Positions 9,375 to 20,146 of a stretch of DNA of 64,000 bases are shown in pieces. The notes beneath the pieces are model-generated. The model saw nothing but the letters and a program-made list of their open reading frames with translations, made no database searches and was not told the DNA's origin. Position 1 is the first letter of the stretch; every line of letters starts with the position of its first letter. Where the stretch lies: positions 1-64,000 of the forward strand of contig JANPJS010000045.1 in the NCBI GenBank assembly GCA_031425655.1, given 5' to 3'. Made by a program: the position numbers and the translations under genes. The DNA comes from Abditibacteriaceae bacterium. GTDB taxonomy: Bacteria > Armatimonadota > Abditibacteriia > Abditibacteriales > Abditibacteriaceae.

Positions 9375-10582
9375 TACTTAAACATATCCGGCGCCAGCGA
9401 TTTGTAGGCGTAATACACTTTCCAGACGTATTTTTGCACTTGCGCGCCGGGCGGCACGTTGTATCCGGCGCGTTTGACGGCGTTCGGCCCGGCGTTGTAG
9501 GCGGCAACGGCCAAAAGCGGGCCGCGCGAGCCAAAACGGTTGAATTCATTGAGATGGCCGCGCAGCGTGCGCGCCATGCCGAACAGGTTTTGCGTCGGAT
9601 TATAAGCATCCACGCCCAATTCGCTGGCTTTGAACGGCATAAGTTGGCCCAAGCCCATCGCGCCCGACGCGCTGCGGCTGTAGATATTGAAATTGCTCTC
9701 GACGGCTACAACGGCGGCTAAAAAGCGCGGGTCGAGCCGGTGCTGATAACCGGCGGAAAGCAAGCCCGTCGCAATTTCATCAACCTGCGCGTCGGTGAGG
9801 CGGCTGTTATAACGGCGCACGATAGATTTATACGCCGGCTTTTGCGTGGCAATCATATCGCTGAGTTGTCCCGAAGAGGCCGCGCGCGGCGTGGCCGTCG
9901 GCGGCGCGGAGCGCGTCACGACGCGGCTGGTAATGGCTGGCGCATCGTTGTTGGTGGTGCCCGGCGTGAACACACGCGGAATGGAAGACGAAGGCCCACT
10001 CGAAGCGCGTCCGCCCGGCGTGGTCATCGTTACCATCGGCGGCACGACCACCACATCGTCATTGGGAGTGCGTGCAGGAGGTTCGGGCAGGGTTACTGTG
10101 GCCAGCGTTTCAAGCGTCGGAGCGCTGTTATCCAGCAGTTTCTCGGTGGCCGCGACGATAGTGAAACCGGCATCATCGCCGACTTCGACTAAAACGCGCG
10201 CTTTGGCGCCCGACCGCAGCGGGTCGAAATCTTTGAAATTGGGCGCGACGGCGAAAGTCGCCAGCGAACCGTCAATACGCAGCATGAAAACGCGGCCTTT
10301 GCGCGTCGCCATCATGCCGGAAACTTCGCCTTGCATCTCGACGACCGAACCAGCAATGGCTGCTACGTTGGCCCGCGCCTCTATCGGCGTAGTTTGTGTG
10401 CGGACGCGGAACATTTGCCGCGTTTGCTCATAAGTCAGAGTTTCCAGCGGCGCGCCGGGCGCCGTGAGATTCAATGTGTTGTCGGGCGTGATCGCGGCGC
10501 CTTCGCGGGCCGCATTTTGCGCCGGGGCAATGCCGGGCAGGGTAGAACAAGCCAGCAGAATCAGAGACAGCTTTTGCTTCAT
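9374..10582 (-). CDS. Lytic transglycosylase (SLT domain) protein
   Basis: Signal peptide; 'AVVAVESNF', 'SGAMGLGQLMP', 'AAYNAGP'. Confidence 0.9.
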   Translation of the reverse strand: MKQKLSLILLACSTLPGIAPAQNAAREGAAITPDNTLNLTAPGAPLETLTYEQTRQMFRVRTQTTPIEARANVAAIAGSVVEMQGEVSGMMATRKGRVFMLRIDGSLATFAVAPNFKDFDPLRSGAKARVLVEVGDDAGFTIVAATEKLLDNSAPTLETLATVTLPEPPARTPNDDVVVVPPMVTMTTPGGRASSGPSSSIPRVFTPGTTNNDAPAITSRVVTRSAPPTATPRAASSGQLSDMIATQKPAYKSIVRRYNSRLTDAQVDEIATGLLSAGYQHRLDPRFLAAVVAVESNFNIYSRSASGAMGLGQLMPFKASELGVDAYNPTQNLFGMARTLRGHLNEFNRFGSRGPLLAVAAYNAGPNAVKRAGYNVPPGAQVQKYVWKVYYAYKSLAPDMFK

Positions 10583-10624
10583 ACAACTTCCTTTTCAGCG
10601 TTACTACGGATTGAGATCAAGGTA

Positions 10625-10772
10625 TTTGAATGGGACACGGAGCTTCGCTATCCTGCCCAGAGGGCGCCCGAAACGACACAGATTTCCGCTGGATTTTGCA
10701 TTGATTTTGTCTGAAAAAATCCGTGTCAATCTGTGCTGTTTCCGTGTGGCGAAGCTCCGTGTCCCATTCAAA
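10625..10772. mobile_element. MITE/REPIN-like element, family A copy 1
   Basis: TIR TTTGAATGGGACACGG...CCGTGTCCCATTCAAA; right TIR overlaps the miaB stop codon. Confidence 0.8.
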
Positions 10773-12153
10773 CCATCGGCATTAATTCGATAATCGGCCT
10801 CGCGGCTTTGGAACGCTCGATAACGCGCGTCACTTCGCCGCTAAAGCCTTTGAGAATGCCTTCGCAAGTTTCGACTTCGACCAGAGAACCGGGCGGATAG
10901 TTTTGCAAATCGCCGGGGAAAAGCACCAGTTTGTTGGTGCGCGTGCGGCCCGCCAAGCGCAGGGCGCTTTTTTCGCTCAGCCCTTCGACCAAAACTTCGT
11001 AGCTTTGCCCGACTAAAGCTCGGTTTTTTTCGCGCGCGATCTCATTATGCAGCGCGATTAACTCGCCCAAACGGCGCTGTTTGACTGCCGGAGGCACATC
11101 GTCCGGCCATTCCCACGCTTCGGTTGTATGGCGCGGCGAATACGCGAACATATAAGCCTGGTCGAACTGAATTTCTTCAAAAGCGCGCAGCGTGTTTTGA
11201 AATTCGGCTTCGCTTTCGCCGCAAAAGCCGACAATCGCGTCGGTGGTGACCGCGACATCGGGCACTTTTTCCCGTATGGAATCAATGATAGCGCGATATT
11301 TTTCGATGGTATAAGTGCGATTCATGCGGCGCAGACAATCGTTGTCGCCGCTTTGCAGCGGCAAATGCAAATGCTCGCAGACCGAAGGCAGCGCGGCGAT
11401 GGTTTCTATCAAGCGCGTGCTGAAATACATTGGGTGCGGGCTGGTGAAGCGCACGCGCAAACGGGGATTGATGTCGTTGATGCGTTCCAACAGCCACGCG
11501 AAATCGCAGCGTGTGCCGTCGGGCAGCTTTTCCAAATCGTGGCCGTAAGCATTAACCGTCTGGCCAAGCAGGGTAATTTCGCGGTAGCCCAAATCGCAAA
11601 GCTGTTTAATCTCGTCTAAAATCTCGCCGGGCCGCCGCGACACTTCCTTGCCGCGGGCCGAAGGAACGGCGCAATATGTGCATTTGAAATTGCAGCCGAA
11701 AATGATGTCTACATAAGCGGTAACCGCGCTTGAACGACGCACCGGCGTGGCGGGCGTCGGGTCGCATTCGAGATCGAGGCCGTCGCCGATTCCGTCGTGT
11801 TGCGCCCGGCGCAGCAGATGCGGCAAGTGATGCAAATTGCGTGGGCCAAGCAATATATCCACTTCCGGCACGCGCCTGCGGATGCCGTCGGCTTCGCGCT
11901 GCGCCATGCAGCCGGCTACGCCGATGATGAGATTGGGATTGCTTTCTTTCAGTCTTCGCAGGATGCCAAGCTCAGAATACAGCTTGTGTTCGGGCTTTTC
12001 ACGCACTGCGCAGGTGTTCATCAGAATGACATCGGCGTCTTCGGCTGCGGGCGTAGGTGCGTAGCCCAGCGAATCAAGCATCCCGGCCATGCGTTCGCTG
12101 TCGTGAACGTTCATCTGACAGCCGAAAGTTTGAATAAAGTAGCGTGGTTTCAT
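10768..12153 (-). CDS. miaB: tRNA-2-methylthio-N6-dimethylallyladenosine synthase
   Basis: 'TFGCQMNVHDSE', 'NTCAVRE', radical SAM 'CNFKCTYC', C-terminal TRAM domain. Confidence 0.95.
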   Translation of the reverse strand: MKPRYFIQTFGCQMNVHDSERMAGMLDSLGYAPTPAAEDADVILMNTCAVREKPEHKLYSELGILRRLKESNPNLIIGVAGCMAQREADGIRRRVPEVDILLGPRNLHHLPHLLRRAQHDGIGDGLDLECDPTPATPVRRSSAVTAYVDIIFGCNFKCTYCAVPSARGKEVSRRPGEILDEIKQLCDLGYREITLLGQTVNAYGHDLEKLPDGTRCDFAWLLERINDINPRLRVRFTSPHPMYFSTRLIETIAALPSVCEHLHLPLQSGDNDCLRRMNRTYTIEKYRAIIDSIREKVPDVAVTTDAIVGFCGESEAEFQNTLRAFEEIQFDQAYMFAYSPRHTTEAWEWPDDVPPAVKQRRLGELIALHNEIAREKNRALVGQSYEVLVEGLSEKSALRLAGRTRTNKLVLFPGDLQNYPPGSLVEVETCEGILKGFSGEVTRVIERSKAARPIIELMPMV

Positions 12154-12220
12154 GGTTTACGACGTTTGCGAATAGCTCGAAAAGCGGAGCGGGCGCAAGA
12201 AAGAAGCTTACGGACAAAAC

Positions 12221-12252
12221 AAAAGCCCGTCAACGCGCGTTGACGGGCTTTT
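12221..12252. terminator. Intrinsic terminator
   Basis: AAAAGCCCGTCAAC-gcgc-GTTGACGGGCTTTT. Confidence 0.85.
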
Positions 12253-12270
12253 GTTTTGTTGTGGAACAGA

Positions 12271-13956
12271 TTACTTCGTGACAGTCAGCGTCACGAACTG
12301 GCTTTGGCCCTGCGAGTTGACGTAAAGCGAAACTTTCTTATCCTCGCCTTTTTGCGCGTCGAGCAAGCCCTTAATGGCAGCCTGCGCATCGCCGATGGCA
12401 TTGACGGGAGTTTGCGCCACGCGCTCGATCACGTCGCCGCGCTTGAGGCCGGCGTTCGCCGCCGGAGACTCTTCAACTACGCTGGTGATGACCAAGCCCT
12501 TTTTGGCCTTGATGCCCAATTGGGACGCCATGCCCGGCGTCAATACGCGCACCGTCACGCCCAATTCGTCGAACTTGGTGCCTTCGGGCAATTTATTCTG
12601 TGGCGCCTCATTTTCTTGCGGATTGGCCGGGTTGGTCGCTCCCTGATTCTCGTCCTTCAATTCTTCGAGAGTCGAGGACAAAGTCACGCGCTTGCCGGCG
12701 CGCAGAACGGTGATTTCACCTTTCGAGCCAACCGGCGCAGCTTGCACGGCACGCTGTAATTCGGTGCTTTTGCTGACCGTTTGGCCGTTGAAAGCGACAA
12801 CCACGTCGCCCGGTTGCAGTCCGGCGCGTCCACCCGGCGTATTTTCGTCCACGCCTTCGATGAGCACGCCTTTGGTGCCGTCCGGCAGGCCATGACCTTG
12901 TGCGTCCTGACCAAGATCGCGAATCTTCACGCCCAAATAAGCGCGGCGAATTTTGCCGTTTTTCACCAGTTGGTCGGCGATGTCGCGCGCCGTATCAATG
13001 GGAATTGCGAAGCCAATGCCGACGTTGCCGCCACTTTCGCTATAAATCGCGTTGTTGACGCCGATAACGCGGCCATAAATATCGAGCAATGGGCCGCCGG
13101 AGTTGCCGGGGTTGATCGAAGCGTCGGTTTGCAGATAATCGCCGGGATTGCGCGGGTTCAGCCCAACTTCGCGCGCTTTGGCCGAAATCACGCCGACTGT
13201 AACGGTGTGCGACAAGCCGAATGGGTTGCCGACGGCAATGGCCCAATCGCCGACGCGCACGTTTTTGGAATCGCCAAATTTCACGGTCGGCAGATTTTCG
13301 GCGTCAATTTTAATGACGGCTACGTCGGTGCGCTCGTCCACGCCCAAAACTTTCGCTTTGCGAAATTCGCGTTCGTCGTTGAGCGAAACGGTGACGGTGT
13401 CGGCATCACGAACAACGTGTGCGTTGGTCAGGATCAGGCCGTCGGAACGGTAGATCATGCCCGAACCTAAGCCGCCGTTTTGACGGTTTTGCATTTCTTT
13501 CCAGAGATTCTGCATCTGCGCTTTGTCGGCGGAATTAGGCGCCAAGCCGAAATCCTTGAAGCGACGCAGGAAATCCTCAAACGGGTCGCCGCCGCCTCCA
13601 CCTTGCTCGTTGCCGCCAAACGGGTCGTTGCCGCCGCCTCCGAAGGGACGAACACGCGCTCCCGGACGGCGACTGGCCGCTGTGACTTTGCGCTCCGTCG
13701 TGATGGTAACGACCGCCGGTTCGGAGGCTCTGGCAACAGCAGCGAAAGCGTCCTGCATTCGCACGGCGTCGTTGGTGGCCGCCGTGTTCACGACCGGAGC
13801 GCTGGGGCCGGGCGTGACGGCAGTCGCGCCTTGTTGCGCGTTGACATTGGTGCCGATGGTGTAGCCGGCGCCTAACGCCGCCAGCACGCCTCCGGCGAGT
13901 AACACGCCGCGAGTGTGGCCGCGCGGCGTTGCATTGATTTTTGAGTTCTGTTCCAT
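12271..13956 (-). CDS. htrA: HtrA/DegP-family serine protease with two PDZ domains
   Basis: 'LTNAHVV', 'DVAVIKI', 'QTDASINPGNSGGPL'; two PDZ regions. Confidence 0.93.
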   Translation of the reverse strand: MEQNSKINATPRGHTRGVLLAGGVLAALGAGYTIGTNVNAQQGATAVTPGPSAPVVNTAATNDAVRMQDAFAAVARASEPAVVTITTERKVTAASRRPGARVRPFGGGGNDPFGGNEQGGGGGDPFEDFLRRFKDFGLAPNSADKAQMQNLWKEMQNRQNGGLGSGMIYRSDGLILTNAHVVRDADTVTVSLNDEREFRKAKVLGVDERTDVAVIKIDAENLPTVKFGDSKNVRVGDWAIAVGNPFGLSHTVTVGVISAKAREVGLNPRNPGDYLQTDASINPGNSGGPLLDIYGRVIGVNNAIYSESGGNVGIGFAIPIDTARDIADQLVKNGKIRRAYLGVKIRDLGQDAQGHGLPDGTKGVLIEGVDENTPGGRAGLQPGDVVVAFNGQTVSKSTELQRAVQAAPVGSKGEITVLRAGKRVTLSSTLEELKDENQGATNPANPQENEAPQNKLPEGTKFDELGVTVRVLTPGMASQLGIKAKKGLVITSVVEESPAANAGLKRGDVIERVAQTPVNAIGDAQAAIKGLLDAQKGEDKKVSLYVNSQGQSQFVTLTVTK

Positions 13957-14162
13957 GATTGTGTCCTTCGTCCGTTGCCGGACTCGATTTTAACAAGCGT
14001 CGCAAACCTGATGCCTTACATTACTTGCTGTGTTCGGTGCGCTTGTGGCTTGTTGGTGTGACCCGGCAAGGCGCTTCAAGTTTCATCGCCAGACGCCTTC
14101 AGTTTCACGCGGTTGCTCCACTTTTGTGAGCATTTGTCAAGGTTCAACGTAAACTTCAAACC

Positions 14163-15023
14163 ATGAATTCACTACATCTCTGCGTTTTTTCCAAGCACCT
14201 CGCCGGCCCGCCTTTAGATGAAACCGCGCGGCGCCTGAGCGAAATGGGCATTACATCCATTGACTTGACGGTGCGCGCCGGTGGCCACGTCGAACCCGAA
14301 CGGGCTTTGGACGATTTGCCCGCCGCCGCTGCTTCATTGGCCCATCACGGCGTCCAAATCGCCATGCTGACGACGAGCATTACCGATGCGAACGGCGCGC
14401 AGACTGAAGCGGTTTTGCGCGCGGGTGCCAGCTTGGGCATCGGATATTACAAGTTAGGCTACTTTCATTACGCAGGTTTTGGCAGCCTGCGAAAACAGCG
14501 CCTCGAAGTGGCGGCGCGCTTCAACGATTTAGCGGCGCTCAACGCCGAAATCGGCATTCGTGGCGCTTATCATAACCATTCGCACGACTTTTTCGGCGCT
14601 GTGCCTGCCGATATTTTCGCCGCGCTGGAAAACGTTGATCCACAATGGCTGGGGCTTTACTTCGACCCGGCGCACGCGAGCATCGAAGGCGGCTCGTCGG
14701 GCTGGATGATGGGCCTCGATCTGCTGCGCGAGCGCACTTTCATGCTCGCGGTGAAAGATTATTTCTGGAGCAGCGCCGGACACGGTTACGGCGGCGGGCG
14801 GCGTCATAAAGCGCTGTTTTGCCCACTCGAAGACGGCAATGTGCCCTGGCCGCGCGTGCTGCAATGCCTCAAAGAAAGCAACTTCGCCGGCCCGATTTCT
14901 CTGCACTCCGAATATCAAGGCAACCACGCGTTTCGTGATTTAAGCACCGACGAAGTGTTCGCCCAAACCGCGCGTGATGTTGCTTTTTTTCGTCCTTTGT
15001 TACAGGATGCCGCACTGATCTGA
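14163..15023 (+). CDS. Sugar phosphate isomerase/epimerase (xylose isomerase-like TIM barrel)
   Basis: 'DLTVR.GGHV.PE', 'YHNHS', 'FDPAH', 'VKD', 'SLHSEY'. Confidence 0.85.
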   Translation: MNSLHLCVFSKHLAGPPLDETARRLSEMGITSIDLTVRAGGHVEPERALDDLPAAAASLAHHGVQIAMLTTSITDANGAQTEAVLRAGASLGIGYYKLGYFHYAGFGSLRKQRLEVAARFNDLAALNAEIGIRGAYHNHSHDFFGAVPADIFAALENVDPQWLGLYFDPAHASIEGGSSGWMMGLDLLRERTFMLAVKDYFWSSAGHGYGGGRRHKALFCPLEDGNVPWPRVLQCLKESNFAGPISLHSEYQGNHAFRDLSTDEVFAQTARDVAFFRPLLQDAALI

Positions 15024-15024
15024 C

Positions 15025-15064
15025 CCCACCTAACCCCCCTTGTTTACGATGAAGGGGGAGGAAC
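15025..15064. repeat. Single REP-like palindrome
   Basis: CCCCACCTAACCCCCCTT...AAGGGGGAGG, resembles the internal repeats of the 56759-56902 element. Confidence 0.5.
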
Positions 15065-15068
15065 TGGC

Positions 15069-18000
15069 CTACTCGCTCGGCTCATCCTCAAACGGTGCCA
15101 ACAACGCCGCTGCGTCATCGTTGCTGATGGTGCAGGTGCCTTGATTGTCGCCAATGTTCGCGCCCGATGCGCCGCTCAGGTTGATCTTAAAGGTCTCGGC
15201 AGATTCCACCGTGGTGTCGCCCACCACCGGAACCGTGATGGTGCCTGTCAACTGCCCGGCGGGGATGGTGAGCGTGCCGGTTGTCGTGGTGTAGTCGCCG
15301 AGGCTGCCCGCCGTCGCCGTGCCGTTCACCGTGGTGAAGTTCACCGTCACCGCGCGTCCGCTCACTTCCGACAGCGTCACCGTGAACACCGCGTTGCTGT
15401 TGCCGCCGCTGCTGCCCTCGACTTTCGTGATGTCGTTGATGGTCAGCGTCGGTGCCAGATCGTCGTCGTTGATGGTGCCCAGTCCCTGACCGTCAGCAAT
15501 CGTGGCATTCGTCGCGACGGAAAGGTTGACGAAAAATGTCTCGTTGGTCTCAACCCGCGTGTCGCCAACCACAGGAATCGTGATCGTTTTGCTGGTCTGA
15601 CCGGGTGCGAAGGTCAGGGTGCCATTGCGTGCGCCGTAATCCACCGGAGCCCCCGATTGCGCCGTGCCGTTGGCCGTCGCGTAATTCACGGTCACCGTGC
15701 GCCCGCTGGCCGCCGACAACCGCACGGTGAAAACCATGTTGACGTTGCCCGCATTGCCCTCCGTCACCGTTCTATCGTTGATGCTAAGACTGGGAGCGAC
15801 ATCATCATCGGCGATTGTGCATTGCCCTTGACCATCGCTGATGTTGGCGTTCACCGCGCCGGACAGGTTCACCACGAAGGTTTCGTCGGCCTCGTCGCGT
15901 GTGTCGCCCACCACCGGCACCGTGATCGTCTTGCTGGTCTGACCGGGACTAAAAGTCAGTGTGCCCGTGCGTGCGCCGTAATCCACCGGGGCTGCTGATT
16001 GCGCCGTGCCGTTAGCCGTCGCGTAGTTCACCGTCACCGTCTGCGTGCTGGCCGCTGAAAGCGTCACGGTGAAGGTGGCGCTGGCTGTGCCGGTGTTCCC
16101 CTCATTGATAGACCTGTCAGCAATGGAGATGGTCGCCTGCACTTCAAACGCGCCGATGTCGGGCGTGCCAGCGATGGGGAAGCCGCGCTGGTCGCTGGTA
16201 ATGCTGCTGCCCACGGCGGCATTCAGCGCCGGGCTGCCCGCAAACAAGGCCATGGTTTTGGTGGGGCCGCCGTTATTGGCCAGCGGCCCCAGTTGAATGG
16301 CGCCGTTCTGGGCCGTGGTGAGCAGCGTGGCGCTGGCCGCAAGGCCCGAATCGCTAACGTCGCCCACGAAGTTCGCACCGCTGGCAGTGACGGTGCCGAC
16401 AAATTTCCCAATATCCGGGCCGCCGTTGGTGGCGCTGTTCCCCGCGACGATGCTGTTGGTCAGCGTCAGCGTGCCGTTGTGGTTGTAAAACGCGCCGCCA
16501 AACAAGGAGGCGGAATTGCCGGAGAGCGTGCAGTGCGTCAGCGTCAGCGTGCCGACTGTGTTGGAAATCGCGCCGCCGTAGTTGGCGGCGGAATTGCCGG
16601 AGAGCGTGCACTGTGTCAGTGTCAATGTGCCCTCATAGTTGACGATTGCCCCACCGCCGAAACCCCCTAAAGTGCCCGTATGGTTGTCGCTGAGCGTGCA
16701 GCCGATGAGCGTCAGTGTTCCGGCATTGAATATCGCGCCGCCGTCGTAATCGGTATATCCACCAGTGAGGGTCAGTTTCGCCAAGGTGACGGTGGCCCCA
16801 CTGTTCACCGCAAAAATTTCGTTCGCGTAGTTCCCGCTGAGGGTCACGCCGCCGGGCAGGATGCTGGCATCTATCGTCAGGTTTTTCCCAATGACAACCG
16901 CACTGCCGAGCGCGATGGTCGCTCCGCTCAGCGAGGCATCGAAGGTGATGGTCGCGCCGGCGGGTGCATCGCGCACCGCCTCTCGCAACGACACGCCGGT
17001 GCCGAGCGTGCCGTTTGCGTCCAGTTCATCGGTGGCGGTCGTCACCACGATGGGGTTAGGATTGCCAACGGTTGGAACAGCTTGCGCCTCGTAGGCGCCG
17101 AGGTCGGGCACGGCTCCGGCGACCGCGTTCCCATCGCGGTTACGGTCAAAGCCGCGCTGGTCGGTTATCTCGCTGCTGCCCACGGCGGCATCAAGGGCCG
17201 GGCTGCCGGAAAGCAGTGCCATCGTCTGCGTCGGCCCACCGTTGCCCGCCAGCGGGGCGAGTTGAATCGCGCCGTTTTGTGCCGTGGTGAGCAGCGTGGC
17301 GCTGGCCGCAAGGCTCGAACTGGCGGGGTCGCCCACGAAGTTCGCACCGCTGGCGGTGACGGTGCCAGTAAATTTGTAAATGTCCGGTCCGCCCACGCCG
17401 GCGGTGTTTCCGGTGACGATGCTGTTGGTCAGCGTCAGCGTGGCGGTGTTGTTGTAAATCGCGCCGCCGTAGTTGTTGGCGGAATTACCGGAGAGGGTGC
17501 AGTGAGTGAGTGTCAGCGGGCTGGTGTTGGCAATCGCGCCGCCGTAGTTGTTGGCGGAATTGCCGGTGAGGGTGCAATGCCTCAACGTCAGCGAGCCGGA
17601 GTTGGTGTAAATCGCGCCACCAAGGCCGCTCGAATTGCCGAAGAGGGTGCAGCGCGTCAGAGTTACCGTGCCCCCGATGTTAAAAATCGCGCCGCCGTAT
17701 ACGGGACTGCCTACGCCGCCAATGCCGTTGCCTCCCGTGAGCGTGAGGTTTTGCAACGACACGGTCTGGCCGCTGCTCATGCGGAAGATGCGGCTGTTGC
17801 CGCCGCCGGAAACCGTCACGCCGCCGGGCAGGCTGGTGGCGTCAATGGTCACATCGCCGCCGATGACGATTTCGCCGCTCGTGAGCGTGATGCTCTGGCC
17901 GGAGAGCGTGGGGGCGAAGGCGATGGTGTCCGGCCCGGCGCGGTCCGCCGCATTAGCCAAAGCCCAGCGCAGCGATCCGGGGCCGGAGTTGTTGACATTC

Positions 18001-18641
18001 GTGACGGTGGTGGGGGCGGATTCCGGGCGCAGCGCGAGGCCGTAGAGGTGCCAAGTGTAGGCCACGTTGTTCGGAGTGAGGGTGATGGCCTGCGTGGCCG
18101 CCGTGGCGACGAAACTGTGGTCCACGCGGATGCCGTTGCTGGAGCTGTAGAGGCTTTCATCCACATTGAGGCTGGTGGAGCCGGCGTTGGAAAAGCTGAC
18201 GATGCGGGCACCCGCGCCTTCAAAGCCGACGCCGAACACGGAGGCGGTGTAAGCCTGTCCGGCGGTGAGGCCCTTCAAGGTGATGGTGGCCGGGTTCCCG
18301 CCATAGACGAAACGCCGCGCCATCTCCGCGCTGCCCGTGCCGCCGAGCGCGGTGAGGTTGTTCGCGTGGTCCACGCCATAAAGGAATTGCGTTCCCGCGA
18401 GGTCGAAATTCGCATTCGACGCTGTAGGCCCATCAAGGCCGGTGACGGTGACGCCATTGACGGCGGCGGTGGCGGTGGAGCCGAAATGATAGGCCCACAC
18501 CGTCTGCCCAGAGGCGATGTAACTGGAGGCGTCATTCGTCCACGGAGTGGTGGAGAATGTGCCCGCACGAGCCAGCGGCACAGCGCCCAACAGGGCGAGC
18601 AGCAGAAATACGGCGCGGCGCAGACGGCAGACATTCGACAT
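15069..18641 (-). CDS. Large secreted beta-helix (choice-of-anchor Q/CSLREA-like) protein with three Calx-beta domains
   Basis: Signal peptide at MSNVCR; GGAI repeats; 'DQRG..PDLGAYE' motifs; C-terminal 'TVNYATANGTA...DY..GTLTF.PGQTSKTI.V.VVGD' Calx-beta repeats. Confidence 0.88.
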   Translation of the reverse strand: MSNVCRLRRAVFLLLALLGAVPLARAGTFSTTPWTNDASSYIASGQTVWAYHFGSTATAAVNGVTVTGLDGPTASNANFDLAGTQFLYGVDHANNLTALGGTGSAEMARRFVYGGNPATITLKGLTAGQAYTASVFGVGFEGAGARIVSFSNAGSTSLNVDESLYSSSNGIRVDHSFVATAATQAITLTPNNVAYTWHLYGLALRPESAPTTVTNVNNSGPGSLRWALANAADRAGPDTIAFAPTLSGQSITLTSGEIVIGGDVTIDATSLPGGVTVSGGGNSRIFRMSSGQTVSLQNLTLTGGNGIGGVGSPVYGGAIFNIGGTVTLTRCTLFGNSSGLGGAIYTNSGSLTLRHCTLTGNSANNYGGAIANTSPLTLTHCTLSGNSANNYGGAIYNNTATLTLTNSIVTGNTAGVGGPDIYKFTGTVTASGANFVGDPASSSLAASATLLTTAQNGAIQLAPLAGNGGPTQTMALLSGSPALDAAVGSSEITDQRGFDRNRDGNAVAGAVPDLGAYEAQAVPTVGNPNPIVVTTATDELDANGTLGTGVSLREAVRDAPAGATITFDASLSGATIALGSAVVIGKNLTIDASILPGGVTLSGNYANEIFAVNSGATVTLAKLTLTGGYTDYDGGAIFNAGTLTLIGCTLSDNHTGTLGGFGGGAIVNYEGTLTLTQCTLSGNSAANYGGAISNTVGTLTLTHCTLSGNSASLFGGAFYNHNGTLTLTNSIVAGNSATNGGPDIGKFVGTVTASGANFVGDVSDSGLAASATLLTTAQNGAIQLGPLANNGGPTKTMALFAGSPALNAAVGSSITSDQRGFPIAGTPDIGAFEVQATISIADRSINEGNTGTASATFTVTLSAASTQTVTVNYATANGTAQSAAPVDYGARTGTLTFSPGQTSKTITVPVVGDTRDEADETFVVNLSGAVNANISDGQGQCTIADDDVAPSLSINDRTVTEGNAGNVNMVFTVRLSAASGRTVTVNYATANGTAQSGAPVDYGARNGTLTFAPGQTSKTITIPVVGDTRVETNETFFVNLSVATNATIADGQGLGTINDDDLAPTLTINDITKVEGSSGGNSNAVFTVTLSEVSGRAVTVNFTTVNGTATAGSLGDYTTTTGTLTIPAGQLTGTITVPVVGDTTVESAETFKINLSGASGANIGDNQGTCTISNDDAAALLAPFEDEPSE

Positions 18642-19065
18642 AAATTCTCCCCAAGACCAAACGGCAACTTTGCATCGCAGAGCGTGGTGACTCATGGCGA
18701 TAATATGGCGATAATAGCGAATTCGCCATCTGCGAAGATTATAACCAAGCTGTTGCACTATTAATCTGCATCCCAGGGCAATCGTATTAGAAACGGCAGG
18801 CATCGTCGTCACGCCAGATGCGAAGGTTAGCGTGTTCAAAGGCACGGCCTGCCTGGGCGCCCTCTGGGCAGAGGAATGAGTTCAACTCGGCGCAACTTGC
18901 CGTTCAGGTCGTTCGTGCCACGTCGCCGCCAGCCAAAAAATGATTCGCCGCCGGGCCTCACGCTCTGCACTTAAGCGATGTTGGCCGGATTCCACGGCGC
19001 GGCGTTCAGGGCAGCGCGGCGCGCAGTTGTCGCGCGATTTCGCTCATCTTGGGGAAATATCAAAG

Positions 19066-19192
19066 TTTCAATGGAACACGGAGCTTCGCTACACGGCGGC
19101 TTCGCCGACACGGATTTTCACTGATCAATCCAAAAAATCCGTGTAAATCTGTGTCGTTTCCGTGTCGGTGAAGCCGCCGTGTTCCATTGAAA
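19066..19192. mobile_element. MITE/REPIN-like element, family A copy 2
   Basis: TIR TTTCAATGGAACACGG...CCGTGTTCCATTGAAA. Confidence 0.85.
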
Positions 19193-19207
19193 GCTATTCG
19201 CTCAAAA

Positions 19208-20146
19208 TCACTCGTGCGTGGCGCGCGAAAAGTCTTCTCCGGCGTGATACGAAGAGCGCACGAACGGGCCGGATGCCACCATCGCAAAGCCGATTTCTTC
19301 GCCGATGCGCCGCAGTTCGTCGAATTCGTCGGGATGATAATATTTGAGAACGGGCAAATGGCGCGGACTGGGCCGCAAATACTGGCCGATAGTGATGAAA
19401 TCCACGTTATGCGCTTTCAAATCGTGCAAAACCGCGACGATTTCGTCCATTTCTTCGCCCAAACCGACCATCAAGCCGCTTTTGGTTTTGATTCTGGGAT
19501 GCTGTTCTTTAACGAAGCGTAAAAGTTCGAGCGAACGCTCGTATTTCGAGCCGGGGCGCACCGGCTTATACAGTCGCGGCACGGTTTCGATGTTGTGGTT
19601 GTAAACGTCCGGCTTCGTGGCCGCAACAAGTGCGACTTGTGCTAAATCGCCTTTGAAATCGGGCGTGAGAATCTCGACTTTGGCGTCCGGCAAAGCGCGC
19701 CGCACTGCGGCGACGGTTTCTACCCAATGATGCGCGCCGCCATCGGCTAAGTCGTCGCGGTCAACGGACGTGATGACCACGTATTTGAGGCCCAAACGCT
19801 GCGCGGCTTGGGCGACTCGTTCCGGCTCAGTCGCGTCGAGCGCCAGTGGGCGATTCGTCTGGATGTTGCAAAAGCCGCAATTGCGCGTGCAGCGGTCGCC
19901 GCCGATCATAAACGTCGCGGTTTTGTGGCTCCAACATTCGCCGATGTTGGGGCAGCGCGCTTCCTCGCAGACGGTCACGATTTTCAGTTCGTCCAACAGC
20001 GCGCCGGTTTGCACGGTCTGGCGCGCTTTGCCGGTTTTGACTTTGAGCCAGTCGGGCACGCGCGTCGCGTTGGGCTGCGCCGCCCGCGCTGCGCGATGCG
20101 TCCCGGCGGGTTTGGTGAGTGAATCGAGAGGAATGAGTTGAGGCAT
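19208..20146 (-). CDS. lipA: Lipoyl synthase
   Basis: 'TVCEEARCPNIGECW', 'CTRNCGFC', C-terminal 'VRSSYHA'. Confidence 0.96.
   Translation of the reverse strand: MPQLIPLDSLTKPAGTHRAARAAQPNATRVPDWLKVKTGKARQTVQTGALLDELKIVTVCEEARCPNIGECWSHKTATFMIGGDRCTRNCGFCNIQTNRPLALDATEPERVAQAAQRLGLKYVVITSVDRDDLADGGAHHWVETVAAVRRALPDAKVEILTPDFKGDLAQVALVAATKPDVYNHNIETVPRLYKPVRPGSKYERSLELLRFVKEQHPRIKTKSGLMVGLGEEMDEIVAVLHDLKAHNVDFITIGQYLRPSPRHLPVLKYYHPDEFDELRRIGEEIGFAMVASGPFVRSSYHAGEDFSRATHE

Noticed and set aside
15069..17700. Near-identical internal DNA repeats as a DGR template/variable pair
   Set aside because: They are in-frame domain duplications within one gene; no reverse transcriptase and no evident adenine-specific mismatch pattern
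16680..18764. 694-aa + strand ORF
   Set aside because: Antisense shadow of the GC-rich Calx-beta gene with no motifs; the same applies to most overlapping ORFs in the track
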